Positions 48,711-60,775 of a DNA stretch of 64,000 bases are shown in pieces. Where the stretch lies: contig OZ004610.1 of the NCBI GenBank assembly GCA_963924565.1, positions 14,942,001 through 15,006,000 on the forward strand, in the 5' to 3' direction. The translations under genes were made by a program, and so were the position numbers. This DNA is from Ascidiella aspersa (taxonomy: Eukaryota). The notes beneath the pieces were generated by a model. That model searched no databases, had not been told where the DNA came from, and worked only from the letters and a program-made list of their open reading frames with translations. Numbering within the stretch: the first letter of the stretch is position 1; every line of letters starts with the position of its first letter.

Positions 48711-48991
48711 CACGGATGGATTCAGGTCAGCACCCCAAAACTCTTTTTTATTTTTTACTATGTTTTTTTCCCCTCACTTTTACTAATTTGTTGCCGACTT
48801 TTACTATGTTAATGCAATTTTTTCGGATCTGCCACTCGTTTTTGTTATGTTATTTGCTGTTTTAAAGGAATTCGTTTAGTCCAAAGGCTACATATATGAC
48901 ATGTTGCGCTGTGTGACTCATCTCCAATAAGCGCAATGCCTGTTAAACAAGACTATGAATCCCCCAAACAAAAATCCTGGATCCGCCCTTA
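48711..48991. mobile_element. Decayed MITE (Tip100-like ends) about 190 bp upstream of the GluD ATG
   Basis: cacggatggattcagg ... cctggatccgccctta imperfect TIRs; imperfect flanks atccaaat / aaacaaat. Confidence 0.45.
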
Positions 48992-51772
48992 AAACAAATC
49001 ATGATTTTCAACTTCTATTTTTGCGCGAATGTAATACACATAACGCACTGCAGGTTAGAAAAAACATATGTGTTGACTTAAAAAAGGCGTTACGGCGCAC
49101 ATCGAAATACTAATTTTGAAATAACTAAAACTAAAACGTCCATACCATAGAAGGGTTCATCAAAATTCAGTTGTTTTAAACAGTCAAATAAAGCTTCCAA
49201 TTAAATAATATTGATTGCCAAACAGGCGATGTGATAGGAATTGAAAGTCAATAACTAACCAATATACGCACTCAAGCGATAACAAATGGGTCAGTAAAAT
49301 TGACAAAAAAGCGATTGGTTGTCAGTCATCATCAAGCATCCAGACCTGTTATAATTTCTTCGTTATCTTTGTAAATATTTTTCTTTCTACAGATAATGCT
49401 AAAAAATCGTCAAAACTTAAATATAACATTATGGAACGTGTTTTTAAAATTTAACATTAATGTATGATTTTATATACCTAAAACATTTAGTTTATTTATC
49501 AAAACTGATTGGTATTAAATTGAACGTAGCATGCAGTGCACAGATGTAAAATACAAATAAAACCTTTAACGTTAGCTTAATACCAAAGCCTTTAACGTAC
49601 GATCAGTCTACTTCACACTCTGTCAAACTACAACAAACTCTGTAAATCTGTCGTTGTTTTTACTATTTTGCTTTCAAACTTGTCATTACAAATTTGTCAA
49701 TGCCTTTTCAGGTTCCAACTAAAGCAAGATCACTAGTGTTGCTGCTGCAACTATCGCTGCTAGTTTAACAATGGTATAAATTCGAGCGAGGCATTCTGTG
49801 GCCATAAAGAAGGCAACGTGATGCAAGAGAAACGCTCTGCTGCGGTGTGAATAGACCTTCGAATTGCTTTGCCATCATTGATTTTCAAATATATTGTATT
49901 AATATAGAGTTAAGACATTTCACATGGGACGCAATCGTAGTTTTAAACAGGGTCACTTCGCCTTAGCAATATTGATTTCGTAAGTCAGCAAATACTATAT
50001 TGACAAAATAAGTCCAAAATACACACATTTAGGGCCAATGGTTATCAGACATTGTGTCGCGGCAAATCAGTTTGCCTCGAAAGATTTTCAAGTGTGTCGC
50101 GACACTTTTGATATGATATACTGGTAAATAACCTTTTCGTAAAACGCAATAGTGTGAAATATTAATGCAGACTATCCAAATAATCTGATAATATTATTGC
50201 ATTAACCTATATTGCTATATCGCACTGTAAGAATGATTGTCGAATATTTGTACTTGTTGCCACGAAAAAGTTTAAAAAACACTTAAGCAACTGTGTTTAT
50301 ATGACTTGAGTTGTACTTTTATTTTTTCACAAATGACATAACTCGGACTTGACTTATTTTGCAAATGACTTGGCTGGGATTTAAATAATTTAAAAATGAC
50401 TTGTTAACAACACCGTTGGAATATAATAAACTTCTTAGCTCCAGTTGATACATTTTTTTCGTAAAGTATTATAAAAACTATTAATTTCATTAACGCGAAA
50501 ATTAGTATTTAACCATATAAATATAGAATTATCTACAGCTTTACTTTGATGGCACTTTCGCTAGCAGTATTTTGCAATAGAAAACTGAACAATTACATTC
50601 TTCTTCTTTCATGTTGCTTAGATATCTGGGCAGTCGCTTGTGAGCCATTGCGTGGTAGAGGATTTCGCGGCCAATATTGCTGCCCAACCCAAATGAAAAC
50701 ACATAGGAGGCAAAACGGCCGAATCCTGTTAATAAGCGGTTGCGTCTCACATTTGCTGCGAAGATATGAAAAGAATTACATTGATTAAAGCGAACTAAAA
50801 AAATGTCATTTATTGAAGCAAAATCAGCTCCAAAAATGTTTGCCAATAAAAAACGCGAAACTTTTTTATTAGAGTCCGTATGACTGACGTCACGCCTCAG
50901 TGGTGAAAACCATTCGATTGGCATGCAGTTAAACACAAAGTAAGACGCAAATGCTTTGATAAATCATTTCAAACAGGTGTTGAATGAGCAGTTGTAGAAA
51001 AAAATTTAAATATGTTTTTCTTCTAATCCTGAAGAGGTGTCTATCTTAATAGGCACCTGAATATGTGCATATGCTGTCGATTATTATATAAAAGTTTGCA
51101 AAAAGGATATTTAAAAATGACAATAAAAGCTTTGAATAAATTATTTTTTGTTACACAAAAAAGGTCTTATATACTGGTTGTAAGAAATTGCTATCTGGTT
51201 GCTGTAAAAGCGGCAAAATTTCACCATAATTATATTGTGACAAAAATGTTAATTTAGGGCATTTTAAAACCCTTTATTCTATAAAAACCATAATAAAAAA
51301 AGTTGAAGTATGTAAATGCCTTTAAACGCTTACCTATTTGTTTTATCATAATATTAAACCATATTTTTACTAAATATTTTAGGATTTTACGGGCGATTTT
51401 AGATAACTTGCAAATTTGAAACCAAGTTACAACGTATAAATTGGATTAATCAATATTATAACATAAAGGTGACTTGCCTCATAAAAATGGTTCTTAAGTG
51501 CTGGGTGTCATACACTTAATTGTGGTGAATAACGGCAATTAACTTAGCCCGAAGTGATTGTTTAGTGTTAGTTGCATAGAAACCTAGTATGAAGTGTTGG
51601 GTATCACCAGAGAAGTGGGTACTATCGGAGGCACTTCAGATTTATTTTCCTATTTTTGCCACATTGTGCTTATTGCACCAAGACACGAATGTTGTTTAGT
51701 GTTTACTGAAATTATTAAATAAATGCTGTCAAAAAATGACTTTAATTGGATAATTTTTCTACAAATAAGTAT

Positions 51773-54700
51773 ATGCAAAGAACAAACATGGAATCCGATC
51801 TGCACGGGGTAAACACTGAGAAAAACGAAGAGAATCTGTTTGGCAAAGAAAAGAAAAAAACAAGGCCACAAACTGCGGCCCAACACCGTCAATCACCGCC
51901 TGCATCAAAAGTATCTTTTTGTCGCTCTGTCTCATATCGGGATTTTAAACAAACTGCTGACGACGAATTTGCTAACGGTAAGGCCATGATGGATATTTTA
52001 TCCAGATATTCTCGGTATGCTTTTTAAATTATACAATTGCTGGTATGCCTCGACACAATTTGGACAATGACATGTCCAGGGGCGGATTAGGGCGGGGGCT
52101 GAGGGGGCTGCAGCCCCAGGCCCACCAACAAAAATAGGCCCACCGCTAACAACTTAATATGACCAACCGAAGTTATCTTTGTATAAAAAGTTATATTCTA
52201 GAGATATCACCACATCTTGTCTATTTTAAGGCCGTCAGACTGTAAACTTGTGACGTCTGTGCATGTTTGTTACTACACAAATTAAGCTACTATGCGAAAA
52301 CAAACTTATAACAAACCACAGTGAGCTACCTTAAGTTATGTTTAGCTTAGCCAGATTGTTGCAATACTTAAAAATCTTGAATGTTTCGAATAACAATTTC
52401 GGTGTTCTGCCAGCATGCTTCGTAAGGTAACAAGCCTCATAGGACACGTTAAATGAATTTGTTGTGCAGAGGAGTGTTACAAAAACATGTTAGAATGTGA
52501 TGTATAAACGTTTGACGAAGTCATGTTTCATGCTAAATTACACATAAGACTAAAATACGAAAAAATACAAAAGTGGTCGGGAAAAGCAAGAAAAAACTTT
52601 GCTTCAGTATTTTACCCAGATGATCTGGAAAAATCACTGCCTGAAGAGATGATTCATTTTTCTTCACTGCTAAAAGAACACCATTTTAACGTAGAAAGTA
52701 GCAAAGAAGCTTAAATGTTTAAATTTGTTAGGGAAAATGAGCTCATGTATGCGTTTTGTAACGTGTCTATTGTATTAAGGATGCATCTTTTATCTAATGA
52801 TTACCAATTGTTTAGGCGAACGCTTATTTTCGGTCCTTAAAAGAGTACCGAAATGCTTTCGTCCACTCCAGGGGTCGGCTACCTACGACCCGCGAATATA
52901 ATTCATCCGGCCCGCCGCCTCTTTGACAAATTAGACAGTGCCTATTTCAAATACTTTTTGACTATTTTAACTATGTAATTGCTTGTTTACGTTTTGATGC
53001 TGCCTTTTCAAGTAGATCAGCGATTCTTTGCCGTTGCGCCGTGAAAGGCTGCCAAGTGCGTCGCGGAACAACGGGAAACGTAGGCCTATTCAAAAATATT
53101 GGATATATATTTTGTTAAGAATTTTTATTTTTTATTTTCGGCAATGTAATAAAAACTTGCAAGAAATTTAAAAGAAATACCGGTATACCAAAAAAAATCG
53201 CGTTCGCTTCGCTCGCCAGGGGCGCCTTGATTTAAAACGCTTAACAAACACTGAATACTGATTAACTAATTAAATGTTATCGCGTTCCCTCAAAGTAGTT
53301 TTATTACACTTTTCATTAGTAGTATGGATGACGACGTGTGAACTCCAATTTTAAACCAAACAAATCCTTTTTTTTCGCGCTTTGCGTCAACACTTTACTG
53401 TCTCTGTAAATGTAACTAAACACGTTTTTAAGTGCAAAAAATATGCAAGGCTCCCCTGATTGACAGTTGATCTAACATTTCAATAACACAATTCTTAGTT
53501 AACATTTTGTGAGACCCGCAGAGACCTTTCTGCGTTTGGTTTTGGCCCGTGACTAGAAAAAGGTTGCCGACTCCTGTCTGCTCTATATGGGCCAAAATAT
53601 GTTGCATTCCTTATTAGCTCCACTCTGTATTAAAAAAAAATAGGCAGCTATGAAAGCATTGCTTTATGTTAAGCTAGAAAACATGTTAGTTGAATCTGTT
53701 TGATAGGTGAATAAAGCAGTGTTATTTTATATTAATTCTGGTTGGAACAGTAAACAGAACGAAAATAGACCCATAGGCCTCTGACAACCATACAACCCCA
53801 GGTCCATGAGAACCTTAATCTGGTCCTGGACATGTCACTCATTCATAAACTTGTTTTTAATGGCAAAGATAATTTGGAGAACAAAAGTTGTATAGGTAAA
53901 GCTACCATTGCTTGTAATGAAAATACATTGCTAATGTATTTGTATACATGTGATAATAAGGAGTAAAAGATAAAACGAAGCTTGCCTATATAAATATACA
54001 TTATTGCTCCAACTTTAAGTTTAAGTATTAAACGCGCAGAACAAAAATAAAAGCACACTTGGTACAGTTTTACAAACCGCTATTATTAACTAAATATTCT
54101 CCTTTTCAATTTAGACTTGTTTCCAAGTGGGAATAATTTGTTTCGCATTTGTAAGCGATCTACAAAAAGACGCCGATACGTTTTCAATCCCTCGCAACTA
54201 TCTAGTGAATCGTTCCAACGTGAACCAGAAACTCACGCTAAGGATTGTCATGAATCAACCTCCGGCGTGAATTCCTGCGGGGAAATACTCGCCGTTGAAG
54301 AGCTCGATTCGGCCAAACGGCGCAACGATATTCGTCACCTAATACGAGAAATTCATTACACCGCGACCCCGCCGAACAAATCTAGTTGTTGTTGTGACAA
54401 TACGAATCGTGTTTACAATGGAGTGCGACACAAAGGCGACGAGAACGCGCGCCTTCGAGAAGACAAAGGCCTTCGCTCGGAAGCAAGTTGCCCTAAACAG
54501 GATAACGATCAGCAGCAACAACACTCAGCCCTAACGATCCGACTTAGCGAAAGTTGTAATAGCACGACGCGCGGTCAACATCAAGGCTGCTGTTCAAGAG
54601 CCGATTTAAGTTCGAATCGCGGTGTCGACAGCTTAGACCATTCAGCTGAACAAAAACTAGATCTTGACACAAGGTTGCTAGATACACAAGGCAATGGGTG

Positions 54701-57700
54701 CAGCGACAAGCAACGGAAGGTTTCCATTATAGTCCGCCTCGATTCTAAATCGGGAACGCTCGGTCGGATATTGCCGGCGTTCACAATACAAAAAAGCAAC
54801 AAACGGAATCAATCACAACAGACCGTTGATTCCGCGCAGACCGCATTGTTTGAGCAAGATCAGGAACGTCATTGTAAAAGATTAGGCAAAGAAGCTGACC
54901 AATCTTCTACCGGCTGCGTTGACATTTATAAAGAAGTAAAAAACTCAACAACTGAAATCAGTAACTGTAATAAAATAGGGAATATCGATTCAGAAGACAG
55001 TAATTCGCTGGAAAACAGAAGCTCTGCAGGATTATCAAGTGTGAATAAGATTAGCCACACAAAACCAACAAATCACGAAAAAAGCCAAGACGGCCCTGTT
55101 GCCCTACCTGAACAATACTATGACAATAATAAGGATCAGATAAAACCGTCCAACAATTCGTGGCCAGACGTTGTCGGGTATGATTTTTCGACCGAAGCAA
55201 GTGCACTTCACCACAGGTCGCCGCACGACCTGAAGACAATACAAAGGCATTGTGAGCGGGAAAGTTCCCGGGCTATGTCAATGCAGCGTGACCAAGCAAA
55301 GTCACTAGAGTCCAAAGTTGACTGCCTTTCTTCCGAAGTACGAAGCGACACACCCGTTTATTCTAAAGCTACTCAACAAGTCGAAGACGCCGAAAAGTCA
55401 TTGAAGTTGAAAGCGGCAAATGAAAGCAATTTTCCAAGTTTCCATAGTACAGGTTTTCATAGTCCCCCGGACGACAGCGTTGGGATGAAGAGCGAGACAA
55501 GTCAGTTTCCAGCAATGGATAGTATGTTTTTAATGGAGCGTTATCTTTCAATAACTCCTTCGCCGCCAACCAGTGCGATGAAGAAAAGAAACAGCTTTTC
55601 GAGCGCAAGCAAAAAGCAAAAAGGTTTGTTGCCACTCTATAAATTTTCATTTTTGGCAAAACAACAAAGTACATTACAAACAAAACTCGTATAGAATTTT
55701 GAATGCTTATGGCAATGTTATACATATTTAACCTTCGCAATTGTTTAGAACGTGGTTCGATGAAAGGTCATTAACATAATATTTAGTAGGCTACTACAGT
55801 TTGTAATATGGCGAATGTACGGTATTACGGTATCGATTTAAACTTACCTTATTTGACATCACATATTTCGAGTAGCCAAAATAAGAGAAATGTAATGGTG
55901 GACAATATTACTCACGTCGTGTCGTCCATGGGTATTTACAGCGTTTAAATTTTAATCGCTGAACGGAGTGTTTTTTTTAGTATTTTCTTTGGCCCGCAAA
56001 CTTAAACCTAATTTTTACTAGTAAGCACGTAATTTGTCAATTTTTCCAAACTCTTTTTAGCCATATATATTTTGGAATATTCAGTATCATTGAAAACAAA
56101 ATACCATAATAAAAATATATGAAAAATGGATATCCATTGCAAATGTTAAGGATAGATAGTGGCGAGACAACTGGCACTAAATAACGTACTTTCTCTTAAA
56201 GATTGGTTATTCACTGTTTTCAATTGCAGTTAAGTTTGATCTCGATCTCGAGATACACGTTGTGCCTCGCGATTCGACTTCACCAATAAGTTCAATGGTT
56301 TCGGATCAGGAAAGCGACGTAGAGTCAGCTCCCTTTACCGAGACAGATGTTGACTTGGATACTTACACCGTCACTAGTCCGTCGCTTTTGTCGGAAGTGG
56401 AGATAGGCAAAATCGAAACGCAAACCAACTACCGAAATTCCTTTCCAACGAACAGGGTATTTCTCAAAACTTTAATATAGTTTATTAAATATGAAGAATG
56501 ATTGTTTTTTTTCTTTTTTTCATTGATAAGAAGTGGAAATTACAACCAATAAGTTTCAGCGAAAAGGAAGAAAACAAAGGGTTAATAATAACGACGTATC
56601 GCTAAACGAGTTTACGGAAGTTCGAGACGTAAACAAACATAAATACGTTATATTAGAGGCATTTTTTCTCGTTGTATTTTAACCGCGTAGTTGCACCCTT
56701 ATCACATAACGTCAATTTATTTTTTTGCCATTAAAACCTATTTTTAGGCTGTTTTCCGAGAAAGCGTCACCCCCTTCCGTGTGATATCACGAAGTTCTCC
56801 TGTCGACAGTGGACGCTCGTCAACCGCTTTGGCAGCAACTTTGCATCGCGGAAGACGGGATTCGTTGGACATGCTTCAGGTTTGACATTTATGTAAAGCT
56901 ACCTTTAAAACGAAAACGCTACTGCGCATTTCATTACGAGTTGTTCTACCTTTAAGAATACTTAAAACAATTGGCCATGTAAAAAGGTTTAGCAAAAGGC
57001 ATTATTATTGTTATTGAATTAGTGAAAATAGTAAAGGATTTATTTGAAATATTATTGCAATTTAAAACACTGCACCTCCATTGTTTTATTCTTGTGTTAA
57101 AATTGTTATAAGTAGTTGTCACGTTCAGGAATGAGGCGTCGGTTAAAAATAAACCAAGTCCTACTCCCCAGTCCGATTTCGGCCAAAAATGAACTCCGCC
57201 AAAATGTGCGATTTTGTTGAGTTCCGAGTTCGTCTTAGATTTCACAGCCTGTATTTAACCTAATTACGTAATGAAAATAAGGTAAATATTCACCAATCCA
57301 CTCAAAGGGATGTGATATAATTCATTCTCTTACAATACATGGTTGGAAAATATCCACCGTATATGCTATTTTGTCCTTGCAATTTACAGTGGGCGGCCAT
57401 ATCAGTATCAAAATTTGGTACTGCGTATGTGCATTTCGGACTCATGACTCAAGTAGTTTTACGTGGTTTTATTTGAGTCCCGAGTCCCTAGTCCGACTTT
57501 TTGCAGCCCTATAGTCACGTTATAAGGCCTCAAACGTATCCTATAAGAAGTCGAATAATTGGGAACAAAATAACAACGTGTTGTTTTTCAGATGCAAAAG
57601 TTTCTAAAGCAACAAGCGCGTGACCGAGCTTTGGGTTTCTCCCAATCCCGTCACCGAGTCAACCAGCCGATGACCGCTGACAGCAGCAGCCGGCGTTCAC

Positions 57701-60700
57701 GGTTAAAGCAGAAAACCTCTGAGTCTGGAAATCGTAACGACGTCACCATCAATCAAACCACAGGTCACGGCGCCGATCGATATTTTCCTCGTTACACGCA
57801 ATTTCAGTTTCAACGCCAGTCAGAAGAGTGGGAGAGTTTGCGCCGAAAGCGACAAGAAGAGCAGTCGTCGGCCAACCTACTGCGACCAAACTCGGAACGC
57901 GGTTCAGTCGTGTCGACTAACGTGGAGCGAATGGCAGCATTGGCCCAAAGAGCACAGGGTCGGTCCAATTTGATGATTTTCAGCAACATCAGCGAGCAGC
58001 TTCGCCGTAACAACAGGCAGTCAGATGTTGCATCGCACAACCTTCTTCCTTCGCCTTTAAAGGTAAGTAGCGTTGTCCAGGCAAAAAATCCGGATAGGGG
58101 CGTTTCAACGGAGCAGAGGCTCCCCAAAATGCAGCAGCAGACTTACGCCTTCCCAGTAACTCGACAAGGAGCAAAAACTACGCGAAACGCCGCCATCGAA
58201 GAAGCAAGTGTTCACCCGATAAGGCCTCACACTGGCGATGCTTTTTCCTTATCAGGCACCCGAAAGGGCGGCGCTAGAGAACAAGTTTTGCGACCGCAAA
58301 GTAACTCGACGTCTGCCACGAGATCAGGTAAGATATCCTATGATGACAAACTCCTTTAACGAATTTGACGCAATAATAAAGGTACTTAACTTTTACAAGA
58401 CTTATTCTTAGTGAATATCCATTTTTCAATAAAAATATAGAATGGCTATTTACATTAAGCATATTGATTTTTTGTCGCAGAAACCAAATAAGTCGACATA
58501 ATAAAGTTGTATTTCAAATGACCATTTTACCGCTTTATTTCCACAGTCAACTTACCAGGTAGTTCAGGGCAGTTTCATTTTGCCGAATTGTCCGAAGGCG
58601 CCCGGAATGTGCTAAAAGACGCGCACAAAGCCTACGCCAAAACGTGCAGCAACATGCAAGCGTTGACGGTCAAGAGGAGGAAACACGAATCAAAACACGA
58701 GGCGTGCGTTACCGAGATTCGCCCTCCCAATGACTTTTTGGGCGGATCGCGACACGCAATTGTTTCTACGCAAAAGGTAAGCCAGGTGTGGATGTCTAAT
58801 TGAGGACCGTGAGAAGTAAAGAGAGGGATAAAAATTGCTAGAAACATATTTTGCCATAAATATAGACTCGGGGTTTCAAACTGGAGGCCCGCGGGACGCA
58901 GGTGGCCGTTAGGAACATTACGTGCGACCCGTGAGATCTTTTAAAAACATTTTTTTGTTAAGTGCTCAATTTTCAATACACCAATAAATCGCCTTGGCAC
59001 ACTATGACATGTGCTAATTCCAATTTACTTCACTGTTTAGCCAGTTTAAATTGAGAATATCGGTCTACATCAGGTGTGCCAAACTTATGGCCACCGGGCA
59101 ATATGCCGCCCTTTGCACACACACATACTGCCCATGTAATATTTCCGAGTTTTGTTTCTTAGTTATGTTTGTACTTACGGCTGATGTACTTAACTTGTGT
59201 CGTGAGGTGCTCATTATGACTTATTGACACCTGTGTCGTAGACTGTAACAGAAATGCTAAAGACACAATAGAACTAAAATACAAATTTCATATTGAACAC
59301 AGATAAACGCCGACCAACTGGAGCGGTGTGCAGGGAATTTAGGAAGAGGGAGCGCCGTTGTTGTCAGCTCTTTAGGTAGGCTACAAGTTGTTATAGTAAG
59401 TATCGTTAGCAGTTTTATTGCTTGCGTGTAGATTTCATACATGTGTAGATTTTATACTAATATCATAATTTATATTGTTTTGTTTGGTGAAACAATTTCT
59501 AATGCGTTATACCGGGTTTAAATATTCTACGACACACCTGCACGAAATAGATAAGCAGACGATAACCACATGGGCCAATATCCTATGCAGAAGATAGCAA
59601 AAGGGACTGTACGGTTATATGGAAAAATTTTGGCCGAATATATTTCCCTTTTCTCGGGTTAAAAAATAGAATTAAAAAAATAAAACACGAACATTTTGTT
59701 TGTTACTTTAATACTGAATTTATCTCTTGGTATACCAAACAAATATATTTATAAAACCCAATCAAGGTAATTCAATGCGCGCTGCTTAGTAGAGTTTTTT
59801 TCTAAATTAATAAACCAAAAAAAAAGTTACCACCACTTGTCGCCAGTTTCTATTATGCAGTAAAAGCATTGTCAAGGCGAGTTGGATTTGGCATATATGT
59901 TATATATATGTAGCAAAATAAATCATTCAATCCTGATTTATTTCTCTCTGGTGGTTCACCCTTGGAAAAGTTATGCCCACTGGGGTGAACCATTCATCTG
60001 TTAAGAAGGCACTGTAAAAAAAAGTTGGAAAATATACCGTTCAGAATTGGCCTTCTTACAAATATCGTAATTTCTATTAAGACATATTTATAACAGCTCA
60101 GTTTTTCCGCAACGTATAGTGTTAAGTAAAATTGCAAGCCGTGCACTTAAATATTATGATGTTGCGTGTCCTACAAGTAATATATATTGGTGCAATTTAA
60201 AGTACACATTAGTGATCTTCGTCCGCTAACAAAGCTTACTATATTCTTATTTAGGGTTAACCGCACACACGCGATCCAGAACAGGATCAAGTTATTCTTC
60301 GTCTACCTCCTACTCAGGTAAAGTATAAGGTTTTTGTTTGGCGCAGTAGGGGACATTAGTTTATACGGTTGTTACAAAATATCCGTGCCACAACTTATTT
60401 GAATAACACACCGCTAAAACGTATTTTTAAGGTTGCAAGCAGGGGAAGGGGGTCATCTACTTGTTGTTATAAAATAGTGTTTCCTAGTATATAATATAGA
60501 TGTGCATATTTGTAGGTCGCAGTCGACCATTGGGTCTGCAAAGAAATGCAATAAGTTTAGACGGCAGCAGATCCATTGCTCTTTGGGGGAAAAAGAGGGC
60601 ACAAGGTTCGACCTTCTCACAACCGTCCAAAGTCATGGTGTCCGTCCAGGACACAAACTTGTTGCAACAGGCCGGCCCCTACCGAGTTTCTGCTGAAAAA

Positions 60701-60775
60701 AATCCCTACGCCAACGGGGCGAGAACAAGTTATGATTTTAGGACGAGCGTGATCGCCCCGAACAAAGCCCTGTAA
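51773..60775 (+). CDS. Uncharacterised, probably disordered S/Q/R-rich protein, about 1144 aa, 9 exons, with two RVxF-like motifs
   Basis: Phase-consistent GT-AG exons 51773-51977, 54115-55623, 56230-56456, 56748-56879, 57592-58327, 58547-58776, 59303-59375, 60255-60317, 60516-60775. These include the 525-aa and 255-aa ORFs of the track. The start codon and possible upstream exons are uncertain. Confidence 0.75.
52077..53828 (+). mobile_element. Tip100/ZMYM1-like hAT deletion derivative with a relic of the hATC dimerisation domain
   Basis: TIR caggggcggattagg / ccttaatctggtcctg; perfect TSD gacatgtc. Relic reads FYPDDLEKSLPEEMIHF..F.NVSIVLRMHL..ITNCLGERLFSVLKRV..RST|MGQ. Confidence 0.8.
52869..53576 (-). 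mobile_element. hAT MITE family A (inverted), nested in the Tip100-like element
   Basis: caggggtcggctacc ... ggttgccgactcctg; the interior is the reverse complement of 20273-21004. Confidence 0.85.
58869..59140 (+). mobile_element. Two truncated hAT MITE left ends
   Basis: cggggtttcaaactggaggcccgcggg at 58869 and caggtgtgccaaactt at 59071; no matching right ends found. Confidence 0.45.

Noticed and set aside
56531-56628. Possible extra exon of the 1144-aa gene
   Set aside because: Its open frame needs a phase-1 entry, but the preceding exon ends in phase 0 and splices cleanly to 56748.
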